Origin: Balanoglossus misakiensis
Lineage: Eukaryota; Animalia; Hemichordata
DNA length: 64,000 nucleotides
Direction of reading: 5' to 3'
Assembly (NCBI GenBank): GCA_040954595.2
Contig: CM082593.2
Coordinates: 6,603,579-6,667,578 of the forward strand
Under the pieces are notes generated by a model. That model was given only the letters and a program-made list of their open reading frames with translations, had not been told where the DNA came from and did no database searches. Position numbers and translations under genes: made by a program. Numbering within the stretch: position 1 is the stretch's first letter; the number at the start of each line of letters is the position of its first letter. This document shows positions 1 to 12,799 of the stretch, in pieces.

Positions 1-2
1 CC

Positions 3-179
3 CACAATCAAAAACTGTCCAAACTGGCCATTTTACGGATCGCGTGCAGCTACATCCTCGCCCTGGCGAGCCTGGCGGACCTCGATTACAGCGAAGGACA
101 GGACGGAATGACATTTGCCGAGTGCGTCCAGGAGTGTACGCTAACCCTCCAAGCCGAGGGGAGATCTCGACGGCGCAAG
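3..179 (+). CDS. ATOH8: Atonal homolog 8 / net bHLH transcription factor, 3' part of the coding region (gene begins upstream of the window)
   Basis: Frame starting at position 3 reads HNQKLSKLAILRIACSYILALASLADLDYSEGQDGMTFAECVQECTLTLQAEGRSRRRK. This matches the ATOH8 helix 2 plus family-specific tail (human, from memory: QKLSKLAILRIACNYILSLARLADLDYS...FSECVQRCTRTLQAEGRAKKRKE). A splice donor AAG|GTAGGT follows at 179/180; unspliced, the frame ends at TAA 270-272. The ORF track shows only a different frame (44..319). Confidence 0.93.
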
Positions 180-3100
180 GTAGGTTTATCAAGCCCGAAA
201 AAAAAACCAACGAGCGATCATCAGGCGGGCAATATGATAGCACAGGACACGCACCATACATTCCATCTTTAATTCCTTGGTATTTCATTGAAACATCGAA
301 TCACCCATCTAAGGCGTAGAGATTGACTTGGCCCGAACGCTTTCGTCAAATAAATGCAAGAACACATTGAGACGGTACAGCTTTGACACAGCTGTGCGCT
401 TAATTAAATTTCGCGTTTTATATTTCGGTGATTTCCACCCTAAAGTAGCCTGTTATTTAGGCATTCTGCTGTAAAGTAGACAGAAAGTGCAGTTGGTTTA
501 TTCACTTTTATTCTAGCGGCATCGACAATTTTAGGCGACGCGACGAGATTTTTCCGAGACGGGTCCCTTTTTGTCCCCGTGCCCTTCAACTCCGGCAAGA
601 GACAGACAGAGAGATATGTGCTAAAGGCTGCGCAAGTGAAAATTGGCCGTCGCCGCCGCACTTAATCATGAAATATAAGACCACAACCACACTTGAAGAA
701 GTCGTTAGCAACAGTGGTTATTTTCCGCGATGTTTATCGTAACAGTGTGAGCGTCCGATGCGAGTCCTTTGTCGAAACCTAAAACGGTTGCGTAGCTGTC
801 GGAGGCCCGAGTAAGCTGTCAAACCCATGGCGCACCGCGAGTGTATTTTTGCAGGCCACGTCGTATCAAGCATTTGTGTGCCGCGTTGTGATTTTAATTG
901 TACAGTACGTGTGTGTGTGAGTGAGTGAGAGACTGAGGCTTACTGCATATCGACTCGGACACAGATGTTTTGTGCATGGCTGATTATCAATAGGATATGC
1001 AAATAGCACTGTGAGTATGGTTTCATTGAATGTGACTCGCCTCACATCTAAATCAATGTGCGAGTAGACGGATCAGATTCATCGCGAACGTGTCGTTCCG
1101 GGAACATTCTGGAAACATTCCTGCTGAAATCAGAGCCACCCTTATCGCCCTGACATAAAACAAATGTAATTTTTGCGACAGTTCAGCATCTGGAAGTCAG
1201 CGCTGGCTGTCTGTTTATTCTATAAAGAAAAAACTCTAGGGGAAAATTCCTGTTCTAAATTGCCGGCGTAAATTCTTTCCGCCCCCTTAAAACAGTGAGG
1301 CGCCCGAATGAAAAATTGATCGAGCCTTCTCACGTCGATCTGTATACGATTGACCTTGCTTTAGAGGTTGCTGTAATTTATAACCGAAACGGCAACACTG
1401 CGGTAGAAAGCCCGACCTTAACACTGATCCCACTGCGCATGCTCAGTACATAGGCCTCTTTGAACGTCCACTGGCACCTGTTCTTTGTCATTGATTGCAA
1501 AGTGCAATAAAATGACGCTGTCTTTGTGGACCTTACCATTAGTTGCCATGGTAATCACTACACACCAGCTGTCACGTCAAAGAAAATCTATTTGTTATGC
1601 AAATATTTTTTGTGGCGACGGCGACGTTATGGAAATTGCTTTTGGTAAAATTTGACCCCGTTTGAAGGAAAATCTCTCAATCTGTTGCCCCGCTAGTTTG
1701 CTCTCAAGCTAATTATTATGATACAACCCTTCTCAGCCAACTGGCAATCTATTCAGCGAGGTCGCTCTCCGTATTATGCGCCCAGGTTCCTTTCATTTCG
1801 CTAGATTCATCCGATCCGATCGATCGCCTCATTCAATGTATTCCGCTTGTAACATGTGTGTCTGCCTTAATAATTTTATTATAATTCCACATCATGGCTG
1901 GCATTTAATCACAGTAAAGCAAAACAGGCTTTGTCGAAATCGCAGAAAATCACTGATCTCTGCTGTTTGACGAGTTCACTTCGCACTAATCCTCGCAACG
2001 CAGCTTGGATATCTGAAACGCTGCAGACGATCCATTGTTTTTTTTCCAATTCTATCAACCTGTCTATTGTCTATCCATCTTGCAAGTATGTGTCTATCTA
2101 TTGCCGTGATTTGCTCATAGGGTATTTATATGATCAAGTTGCTGGGATATATTTGCTTGAGGTGAATTGTTGGCCATTCAACTTCAGGGAGTGGTGTAGG
2201 ATTTTCGATAGAAAAATTTGTTGCCAAACAGCTGTGGAAAAATATCTGCTTTTGCAGTACGACTGGAAAAAAATGCGCCACCACATGGTGATTCGACAAA
2301 CATCTTGGCGGGGTTTTGCGAAGTCCGGAGGATACCCTGTATGCTAAGACAAACCCCAGTCATGACTGCTACATAAGTTTAATATATCGTGTATATAGTG
2401 CATTCCAGAGATCACAGTTTGATTTAAGCGCCATGAAATAAAAACAGGACCAATCCAATATTCTCAATATTACGCCATATTGAATTTTGCCTTTTTCTCT
2501 ATGATGAATCGTCGCATATTTTATTTAAAAAATGGTAATTTAACCAAAACACCCACCCATCGCCCCGCAAAACAATATCTACTTTGGATCCGAGTCCAAG
2601 TGATCGGTGTTAAATACGAGAGGAAATTCTTCCGTTGCCATGGTAATGAATGATGAGGCTTCATGTCACGATACTAGAAGAGACAACATTTACGGCTGTA
2701 CTGAAATACACGGCCATATGTCAGCCTGTAGACCCGTTTATTAATTTTGCGGTTAGTTGTTGAGTTCGTGTGTCTGTTTGCGAACACATTACGTTTCCTT
2801 TCCGGCGCCAAAAACAACATAAACGATTTGAATGTGCGGTACATACCTGTGCCGCAATCTGGCGAGTTAATTTGCATAAGAGCGCTATAGCTGACACGCT
2901 GATCTGCAGTTATCTGTGTCTGCATTTCACTGAGATATTTTATTGACGCTTGTAAAATATTATGCGCGCTGTCATTTATTACAAAAAGCTTCGTGGCAGG
3001 TGTCTCTTAGTAATCATCAATAAAAGGATGAAATGTAACTTCTAGTTCACTGTGTCTATGATCCTGCGTTCCCTGAAGCGATTTTCTGTTTTATGGTGAA

Positions 3101-5848
3101 AGGTAAAAAATGGCCGTTTACCCGTAATTGCCGTTCAACTCTGAAAACACTACCACTGGTGCATCTAACTAAACACTCGTGTTGTTATGGTTCGATATAA
3201 TACTGCGGCGCTGATTCTATGAATTGTTGTCGAATTCATCACCTATGATAATCACAGGGAGATCCAAGCTGTCATCTCTCGTTTCATTGATTTTTTTTTC
3301 ATTCACTTCCATCATCATCGTCTGCAAATCAGTGCTGATCGAGTTCACACCCGCTGTGGTGCCGGCGCGTGCGCGCGATGAGGACGTCACTGCTAATCGG
3401 AGATCGGGCATTTTGTCACGTTCGGGCGATTGCCGATCCGGCCTCCTGCACCCCCCCCCCCCTCCTCCATAGTGCACGACTGTGTTTTGACAGGATAAAC
3501 GGGTAAACACGACTTTTCGTCGTCATCGTCCCGTAGCTCACCTTGAAAATACCCTAAATGGAAATCGGACATTGTAGACATTATTATAATCCCATGTAAT
3601 AATCCGACCTTTCTATATTCATTTATGTACGAAAGTTCATTGTTTTGGCAAGTTATTCTGTGTCTCAATTCTGACGTGCAGTGATGAGGGCGTGGTTCTA
3701 ATGATAGTGCCTAAATTCTTAATCCCTATAAAGTATTCTTTTTTCTCTTCTTTTTTTCAGGAGTGACTGCGTGGTTGTCACGTGATGCCTGTCTGAGGTT
3801 TGGCAACTGTTCTTCTTCTCGGGATTGGAAGCCACAGCTTCTATATGTTGCAATCGAATACTAGACATTTGACGTTCAGTGCCGAAAAGATGACATGGAC
3901 GTGATCTTTGACCAAACAACCTGCACAAGGACCTGACGACGTCATCACTTTCTGTGTACTACCGGCACAACGGGAACATTTTTTTTCCGGTCTGAAGAAA
4001 GTTTAGGATATTAAGCTAGCTTGTAAACTGCTTGCGGAGCTATTTTAATTCAAACTAGTGAATGTGGCCACATTTAGAGAAACAAACTTGTTATATAAGG
4101 ACATTTATACCTGATAAAAAACAGAGTTTTGAAGTCAATTCTATCACCAGTCTTGTCACTGGACGGTGACAGCTGCCGATGGAATGTAGAAAAACGCGGT
4201 ACCGCATAATCTAGACGCGTTGCACGTTTTTAAAATCAAACTTGGTACAAGCACAGTATACTAGGGGGCATCATATACACGTCATTTTGTTTCGCGATAC
4301 GATCCAACATGACCTTACTAAAATGTTTACATGCAGAGGAAGAAGATAAGTTAATTGGCTAGCGCATATAACACTTGGGTACTTAACTTATTTCCAGTAT
4401 CACCTTAATTTAAAAGTCTTCGTGAATAAAGCAATTACATTGTAGTCCCTGCACACACTTGAGGTATTGATCAGTGTTTCATTGTGGATTAAGTGCACTG
4501 GGCATGATGGTTTGAGAATTACCGGGCCCTAAACAAGCCCGTTTCTCAGCTTTATCTTCGTAAATGAAACCATAGACAGTTGGAACTACTTCACCACGCT
4601 TCCCACCCCTCTCCTGAATCTTTATTTGGAAGGATTATATCGCGGCGTACACAACCTTTGCAAGCCGAATTGAAGCGGCGATTATCAAGGCATGTCGCAT
4701 TAATCTCTCCTGCAGGGTGCAAGGGATGAAATATGGCGCGCAATTCTATCACCCAACGTAGCCGGAGAATTTCTACTTACATGCCTCGCATACAAGCCGC
4801 GCGGAATCACTTCCTGCGGAGAGATATATGGTTGCTACAACACGTCCGCTCGGTGAGAGAATCAGAATATCATCTCTAGAGGGCGGACTTTGCAGTATCT
4901 TTTCAGGAAATTTAATATATTTCGCTAGATCCTCTGCTGACAACTGAGGGCGCTCGGCAAGATGCAACCACATGTACACAAAGGCCAGGGACGTACGTAA
5001 TGTCAATATGACCTGCTTCCAGAATGGCTAATAGGTTGAGAGAGGTTATTTCCAGGCGGTGGGCCAGAGGTATCGGGGGGGGGGGGTCTTACAAATCCAC
5101 GTCAGGGGGAGGGTCATATTTCACAAGCTTATCCCAGAGAGGGGCTCATGTTTTAGACTACGCAGTGGAAATGTGTTATTAGTCCAGGCCAAAGCCTGGA
5201 GATCTGAACACTACACGTCAGTTGGTCAGATGTAGAGCAGAAGAACACAAATTCAAGGTAAAGATGTAGCCTACCGGTATACCTACGCCAGATGTACGAT
5301 GTAATGGGGAAGAGACCATCCATCCATGTGAGTCGACGACAATCGACAGACGGTGCCGGTTTTGCGACACACGCCCCCAACGTCGTGTTTGATTTTACTT
5401 TGTTTTCGAGCATTCATTAGAGCCCCAGTATTTCTCGTGTGCATCCATTTTTCATCATCGAAAAAAGCCCGTTTTTCCAGTACATCCATCATGGAATACT
5501 ATATAAAGAAGATGTAAGAAAGGTTTGGGCAATTGTAGCGACATGCAAGCCGAAAATATCGCCCGTAACACTTGAAATGATGCGCGGGTTTGTTTACAAC
5601 GGAAATGTTGTACATGTCGATCAGCAATCGTGCCACTTTGACATTTTGATGGTCAGACCATTTTCGGATTTGATCTGGTTCCATCGACTGATTTCTCCCA
5701 TAAAGTTATCTTCCCAAAATTTCGCCGAATTAGTGCGCATTTCTTCGCTGAGTCGCTTGATTTGGGGCGACCAAACCTCTTCCGCATAGATTCACATTTG
5801 AGTGCGCATGCGCACTAGTCACGTGTGTCAACATTAGCCTGACTCACG

Positions 5849-5874
5849 TGACTTTCTGTCCGGACAGAAAGTCA
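5849..5874. repeat. Perfect 26-bp palindrome, possibly the terminal hairpin of a non-autonomous Helitron-like element
   Basis: TGACTTTCTGTCC|GGACAGAAAGTCA is exactly self-complementary and is followed by TTCTTCACTCGTT. The element assignment is inference. Confidence 0.5.
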
Positions 5875-6607
5875 TTCTTCACTCGTTATATTGTAAATTG
5901 TATGAGTTTATCAGCAGAGCTGGGGATGATGACTGTTCGATTCAGTATCAATTATCATCTACTTTTAGAAATTATAGATGCCGTTTCAAACAAAATTTTG
6001 CCCCTACGAGAAATACTGTGGCTTTAACATTACTGTGAGATTTCAGTTTTCATGGAAACGACATGCCTCGCAAGGATGGCCGTGGATTTTGGGTAACTTT
6101 TTCACGTTTGGAAACAACTACTTTCCACCAAGCCCCAGGTGTGATGTACTATTATAAAGTTTTCCACTCTCGTTTTTCCCAAACCTATGTTTATACATTT
6201 TCGTTTCTTCTTCTTTTCTCATGTGAAATATCTTTCTTCCCTTTGGATCGGGAATAAAGCATTACTATTATTTATTATAAAGTTTTAAATAAATTATCAA
6301 TTTACCAACTTTGATTGTTAATGTACGTCATATGTGTCTCTGTATCCGAGAGCACTTTCGAATATGTGAAAATACGTTGCAAATTCATGAGATTGATATC
6401 CATCATAAAGAGCCGACCATTTTAAAGCAGTACGCACCTCGCGGATACATACATTCCACATCCAAACTTGGCGCGATAACCCTCGAGGATTTGTTCTTGA
6501 TTCTAAGCGACAGTAATCTGAAGTTGCCTTGAGTGAAATATGACACAATGATTTCAGAGCTGCGTACGTGCATTGTGTGAAATTATTAATACGTTTTCTA
6601 CTTCATT

Positions 6608-7164
6608 ATACTATGATGATTCAGTTCCTGGTAAATGAAGAGATAGCGGCCTCAGGTAACTTTTTCTCGTTAAGAAGCGTCTTTCCACTAAGCCCCAGGT
6701 AGGTATCCTCGCACATTAAATTTACAAAGTTTATTAGATGTGTGATTTTTTCATTTCATTATTAACGAAAAACTCTCAAATGCGATTAGAGTGGCTCACA
6801 CGTTTTATTCTTCAGTTTTCTTGTCAACGATAGCCGCGAGTTAATTTTCCTCGTTAAGAAGCGACAACTGGTTTCCATCGGCCTGAAGGCTGGGGATAAG
6901 CCGTTATCTTTCATTAATGGATAGCCTATCTACTAAGACAGGAAGATACTGCTTTTGATATAGTGCCGGCTTTTACTGTTACTTTACTACGGGAGAAATA
7001 AGCGTGTAGTGTTGAAGGTGAAGGTATTGAATTCTGTCATAATATACAACAGAAAGATGAGGTTGGCAATATGTGTTTTTTGTTTTATTTCGAATGAAAT
7101 GCACGTTACCCTCTGCAGACATAAAGCGGCTACAACATATCATTGCAATGCCACTGGTATTTAG
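6608..7164 (+). repeat. Left arm of a long imperfect inverted repeat (partner 14273-14890); upstream region of GPCR copy 1
   Basis: Colinear reverse-complement matches across the arm, e.g. GGCCTCAGGTAACTTTTT-CTCGTTAAGAAGCG, CTCGTTAAGAAGCGACAACTG..TTCCATCGGCCTGAAGGCT, GCTTTTGATATAGTGCCGGCTTTT, GGCTACAACA.ATCATTGCAATGCCA.TGGTATTTAG. Confidence 0.85.
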
Positions 7165-7527
7165 CGAGTGTCCCAGGGTATATATGCGGTATACATGTAC
7201 AAAAGTTACATCGTTGTCCGTATGCTACACTTGAAAGCTATTCTAAAGCAAGCAAAATGTATATCTCAATTTAGCACAATTTATATCAAATTGCTAATAT
7301 CTCACCTATACTTGACAATGATTAAGGAAAACTTGGTTCTCTTACATGTACAAACGATATGCTGGAGGCTAAAGAAGCGACAGTGACATATTGATATTGT
7401 TGTATATTTCATGTATTGTAACTCGAAGGATATATAGGAGCAAAGAACACAAATCACAACTGCATATCATACTCTCACAAGAAGGACTGTCGTCTACCAG
7501 CGAACGATAATCTCAGATATATCAACC

Positions 7528-8535
7528 ATGAACGGAACCACGGCTGAATACCAAATCGAAGTCCGTCTCCCGCAAGCTTGGTCAACGCTTGTGACAGGAA
7601 TTGTAGAAGTACTCTTTTCAATAGTGACACTTTTTGGCAACTTGCTTTTCATATGTGCCGTCCTGATGAAGAAGAAATTGCGGACCTTGGCGAATGCGTT
7701 TCTGGTCAACCTCAGCCTATCAGACATCTTCGCCGTCGTGTTCGTTTCCTCATTCGCCATCGATGCCTACTTTCACCGCAAGTGGCATTTTGGACACTCG
7801 CTGTGCATCGCTCATAACATTTTCCACCCAGCGTCACTCAGTCTATCACTGTACCTGACGGCTTTCATCTCGATCAATCGCTACATCTACGTGGTCCACA
7901 ACAAAATCTACCGCCGGATAACCAACAAGTTCACGGTCACCGCAGCCATGTTACTAGCCTGGGCTTTCCCCTTCAGTATCTTCACTTACACTTTTCTGAA
8001 AGATTCAAATTCCAAGTACTTTCCAACAGCGCTGCGTTGCCGTGCCAACTCTACTCCTAGTGAAATTTCTGTGACAATGTACGTACCCAGCATTACGACC
8101 GTAATCTTTTATACCTTGATTTTCATCTATGTGCGCAAGAGCCGTCAGCGTATCAATTCCCACCATGCCGCAAACGTTGGAACGGACCACGGACCGAGCC
8201 CGAAAGAAGTGCGAATGCTGAAGGTTCTCGTGGTCGTGTTCTTACTCGTTTTCATGGGATATCTGCCGTAATCTATCGTCGTGAATGTGTACACCGTGCT
8301 GGGCGTACAGCCACCACCTGAACCGTTCATCCTAATGTATCCGTGCATACACATCGCCGGTGCTTTAAACCCCATTCTTTACGGAGCATGCAACAAGAAT
8401 TTCAGCGCAGCGTACAGAGAGATCTTGACGGGAAAGGTGTTCTTCAGATCAACATCCGACGTTCCGTCTAATGAAGTGGTCGTAGTATCATCTTCTGATG
8501 GCAGAGGTGGCCAAACATTATCTACATCTGCATGA
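7528..8535 (+). pseudogene. Class A GPCR (melatonin-receptor-like), copy 1, interrupted by a single TAA in TM6
   Basis: GN (TM1), LSLSD (TM2), INRY (TM3), NPILY (TM7). Codon 8269-8271 is TAA where the paralogs have TAC/TAT (GYLPY). The same frame continues open to TGA 8533-8535 and aligns with the paralog C-termini. Confidence 0.85.
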
Positions 8536-9468
8536 AAACGCACCTTTGCAGAAATCCTGGCTCATTATTGAAGTGACAATATAAGATTGGATCTTATCGT
8601 ATCTGATGAAGAGAAACGTGCACGAAAAGCTGATTTCCGCGTATTGAAAGTTCCCGCGAGACTTGTTTAATGACAAAACCGATGCTTGGTTGGTTGGTTG
8701 TTTTTTGGGGGGATGGGTGCTCTCGCGTATTTCGCGGAAATGAATTGCATACTTGCGTTAAGTGGTCTCATCGCTATCCGTTTGCTACAATTGAAAGATA
8801 ATCCGCCATTCACAATTTAGATCAAATTGCTTTTATCGAGCCAACCTGAAAATGAGAGTTCGGTTCTCTTACAAATATAGCCTGGGGGCAAAGGCCTTTG
8901 TCGTTAAGAAGCGACAGTGCCTTTCATTCACCTCGAGCTCAAGAATGATTAGGTCAATTATCCTCTTTGCAATGGATGTTTCGTAGAAGAGAATGCTAAG
9001 AAAATGGCGATTATAATGTCACTTAAGCTATTATACATGTACGGCCTTACTACAATAGATTCCAACCTATGTCAATTTACAAGCGATCCTTGTAAATTTA
9101 CGTCACTAAGTTCAGAAATGATGTAGTCACCAGCATAAATGTTCAACTTTCAAATATTCGATTTCATTGAAATGTAGTAAAGTAATATTTCTTGATTACC
9201 CAATTTATTGATTTCCCAATTTCATACGGAGAAAATTGGCACTCCTATTTCGTGTAATGCACCTTTTATATGGCCAAATGCAATACAAATGAGTTTGCCA
9301 TGGCCTATGGCACATATTGAATATGTAAAATATCCATTGCATATTTCATGCGTTGAAACACGATCAGTATAAAGAGAAAAGAGCACAAATCAGAACTTCA
9401 TGTCATACTCTCACAAGAAAAATCTGACGTCTACTAGCGAACGAACGATAATCTCAGATAGATCAACC

Positions 9469-10488
9469 ATGAACGGAACCACAGCCGGGCACCAAATTGA
9501 ACTCCGTCTCCCGCAAACTTGGGCACCGTACTTCACTGGAACTGTAGAAGTACTCTTTTCCATCGTGACGCTGTTAGGCAACTTGCTTTTCATATGTGCC
9601 GTCCTGATGAAGAAGAAATTGCGGACCTTGGCGAATGCGTTTCTGGTCAACCTCAGCCTATCAGACATCTTCGCCGTGGTTTTCGTGTCATCGTTCTCCA
9701 TCGATTCCTACTTCAATCGCAACTGGCATCTTGGACGCCTGCTGTGCGTGGCTCACAACATCTTCCACCCAGCGTCACTCAGTTTATCACTGTACTTGAC
9801 GGCTTTCATCGCGATCAATCGCTACATCTACGTGGTCCACAACAAAATCTACCACCGGATAACCAACAAATTCACGGTCACCGCAGCCATGATACTAGCC
9901 TGGGCTTTTCCTTTTAGTATGTGCAGTTTCGTTATGTGGAAAGGGGCGACGTATGACCCAGCAGCGTTCCGTTGCCGTGCCTTTTTTCCCGCCATTTATA
10001 TCGCCATGACAGTTTACCTGCCCAGCATCACAACCGTCATCTTTTATGTCTTGATTTTCATCTTTGTGCGCAAGAGCCGTCAGCGTGTCCATTCCCACCA
10101 TGCCACAAACGTTGGAACAGTTCACGGACCAAGCCCACAAGAAGTCCGAATGCTGAAGGTTCTCGCGGTTGTTTTCTTTCTGGTTGTCATGGGATATCTG
10201 CCGTACGCTGTCATCATTAATGTGTACTCCGTACTGGGTCTTCAACCACCACCAGAACCGTTCATCTTAATCTATCCGTGCATACACATCGCCGGGGTTC
10301 TAAACCCCATTCTTTACGGAGCGTGCAACAAGAATTTCAGCGCAGCGTACAGAGAAATCCTCACGGGAAAGGTGTTCTTCAAGGCAACATCCGACTCTCC
10401 GTCTAATGAAGTGGCGATACAATCGCTTAATCATACGGTATCATCTACCGATGGCAGATGTGGTCAAACATTATCTTCATCTGCATGA
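9469..10488 (+). CDS. Class A GPCR (melatonin-receptor-like, NRY motif), copy 2, intact and intronless, 339 aa
   Basis: Seven hydrophobic segments, N-glycosylation sequon MNGT, GNLL, NLSLSD, AINRY, GYLPY, LNPILY. Start chosen at the MNGTT ATG shared by all three copies. Confidence 0.9.
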   Translation: MNGTTAGHQIELRLPQTWAPYFTGTVEVLFSIVTLLGNLLFICAVLMKKKLRTLANAFLVNLSLSDIFAVVFVSSFSIDSYFNRNWHLGRLLCVAHNIFHPASLSLSLYLTAFIAINRYIYVVHNKIYHRITNKFTVTAAMILAWAFPFSMCSFVMWKGATYDPAAFRCRAFFPAIYIAMTVYLPSITTVIFYVLIFIFVRKSRQRVHSHHATNVGTVHGPSPQEVRMLKVLAVVFFLVVMGYLPYAVIINVYSVLGLQPPPEPFILIYPCIHIAGVLNPILYGACNKNFSAAYREILTGKVFFKATSDSPSNEVAIQSLNHTVSSTDGRCGQTLSSSA

Positions 10489-12335
10489 AGAAATATACAT
10501 GATCTGTGTATGGGAAACATGGAAGAATCGCGATTATTGTACCTTGAGGACCCGAGCCTAAAATCATGACAGAAAGCCTGTCTCCTTGAATGAGCAAGTG
10601 GCTGTTAAAGCATAGATTGTCTAAGATTGTCTAACAGTTATAAGTAGATCTTAGCTGCATGGCCTGATTATTCCGTCACTAGAAATGTAAACAAATGTAA
10701 TTGTTCTAATTTAACCCACGATTCCAGTACACCGATTCTAATATAAATTAACTTTAAGAACCTATACTAATTTATGAAGACTTAAGTGGTACGTGAACCT
10801 TTTGATTGTGAAAATAATTGTGGTTATTCCTGTATGTTAATTTGTGCTTTTGTGTGTTTTAGACAACGAACGTTTCTTTGTTCTTTAAACATAAGAACCT
10901 CATTTTGTTTGCATTTTTGCCTTGTGCATATCAATAATTGGTCACCACGGCCGCAGTCCGGAGACGAATAGATGGATTTGGTTCCGTCTGTCTTTACTGT
11001 CATCCGTCCGTCCAGAGCTTTTACCCATACATGTCTGGGGTTTTTCATTCGTTATCCTTCGTCCATTTCATATCATTAATGACTTGCGTCATCCTCTTCA
11101 TTTCAAATTTCAGACGCTCCCTCTGGGAGGTATTATATTGTCCTTCCCAGAGGGTAAGATCACTGTGAGGAAATCATTGAATCTATAGCTGTATCAGTTT
11201 TAAACTCTTTGTAAATCTTCACTGTATTGTTGACTGGCATTGGTTTAAATGTGACGTATGTGGAATTAGCCTTAAGATAAATTTATGTATTTATGAACAG
11301 ACAATAAAGTTTTTGAATGTGATTTCCCTCTATCTATCATCGCCTGAGCAGTGTATGTCAACGAATAGGGTCGGATATGCCCCAATCGCCTGTCACATGA
11401 ACAGGACTACCACCGTGAAAACAATTCAAATATGCTGGAAATTTCAAATGGTAGTTATATGCTTTTATCACATACATGGCATATATTTTTAGTTGACATT
11501 TGGATAATCCCCACGAAAGAAATATGGGCCTACAGGCCTAGTACAGTCTTGACCCAGTGCATGAGTCTCGCATATATGCAAGCTTATGTATACATGACTA
11601 TATGTATTATTGCATATGTTCTGCCGATTACCTTATTGCAGGCAAAATAGAAGTGGTATTTTTCACAGGTGATATGTAAATGAGATAAAATAGTCCCTAG
11701 CTGTTGAAAACGTGTAAAAATAGCCAGATCGAGTCGTTGCCACACGTATCATTTGCTTTCTCCTGCCAATTTCATTACTAAACTAAACGATGCAAATTAG
11801 GCACTCAGCCTTTACGTTGTTTTTAGGGGAGAAAGGTGTTTACACGGCACTTTATGCAAATGAGTTAACAACTGGGACTACATTCTGTTTGTAAACATTG
11901 AACACCAAGAACACTAGCGCTAAGCAGTATGATTGTGTGAACATTTTGGCAAGTAATTTTATTATCCTACCCAACTATCGCCAGAAGTGAAAATGTTTAG
12001 TTGTCAGTATGCTTGGGAATCTCAAAATTTACGAAGATCTCACGCTATCGCCATGGCGCGCCAATGTTTTCGAATTTTATTCACGCGATCTCGTGACCTG
12101 AGCTAAACCACAGATGAAATGACCCGACATGACCCTACTTTGCATAACAAAGGTTGCGTCAATGTGTCCAATGAACGGCCGTCTCTGGACTGCATCGCCT
12201 TGTGGCGCATCACTGTACTGTAAATCAATACGCCGCGAGTGAAACTTCCATTTTCGTCAAATCTGAGAAAACATATGCAATAATAACAGAACTCCATGAC
12301 CTCTGCTCGCGGTCTTCATGTGCCGTACAGAGGGA

Positions 12336-12436
12336 TTTTTTTTCACTCGTGATGCGGTGTATCCTGCTGCATTTCCACGCACTGAGCGCGTGAATATACG
12401 GAAGCAAGATACACCGCATCACTCACGAAAAAAAAA
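12336..12436. repeat. ~100-bp foldback hairpin / MITE-like element
   Basis: GTGATGCGGTGTATC (12349-12363) is the exact reverse complement of GATACACCGCATCAC (12408-12422). Pairing extends inward and outward to T-tract/A-tract ends. Confidence 0.7.
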
Positions 12437-12799
12437 CTTTCGTGCTAAACTTGAAAAACAATCCAAGCATGCACAATATATCTCAATTTTGCATAATTTA
12501 GATCAAATTACTTATATCTCGCGCCTACCAGACAATTTTTAATGAGAGTTCGTTTCTCTTAGAAATATGCTGAAGGTAAATGCCTTTGTCGTTAAGAACC
12601 GACAGTGACTCTCACCCCGAGCTCAATCATGATGGGGTACAATATTCTCTTTCGCATATTGATATTGTTGCATATTTCATGTATTGCAACTCATTACGAA
12701 AGATATAAAAGACAGGGAACACTAATCACAACTCCGTATCATACTCTCACAAGAAAAACTGTCGTCTGCGATCGCACGATAATCACAGATATATCAACG

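Noticed and set aside
44-319. 91-aa ORF from the track
   Set aside because: Wrong frame; the real coding frame here is the Atoh8 C-terminus beginning at position 3.
3217-3510. Minus-strand ORF with MMMEVNEKK... and a weak donor, considered as a first exon (e.g. Pitx, given vertebrate synteny)
   Set aside because: No recognisable domain, no downstream exons, and the sequence to the left is occupied by Atoh8 on the + strand.
12605-12799. N-terminal extensions of GPCR copy 3 (and copy 2 from 9400) in the ORF track
   Set aside because: Not shared in frame among paralogs; all three align from MNGTT, preceded by an acceptor-like site.
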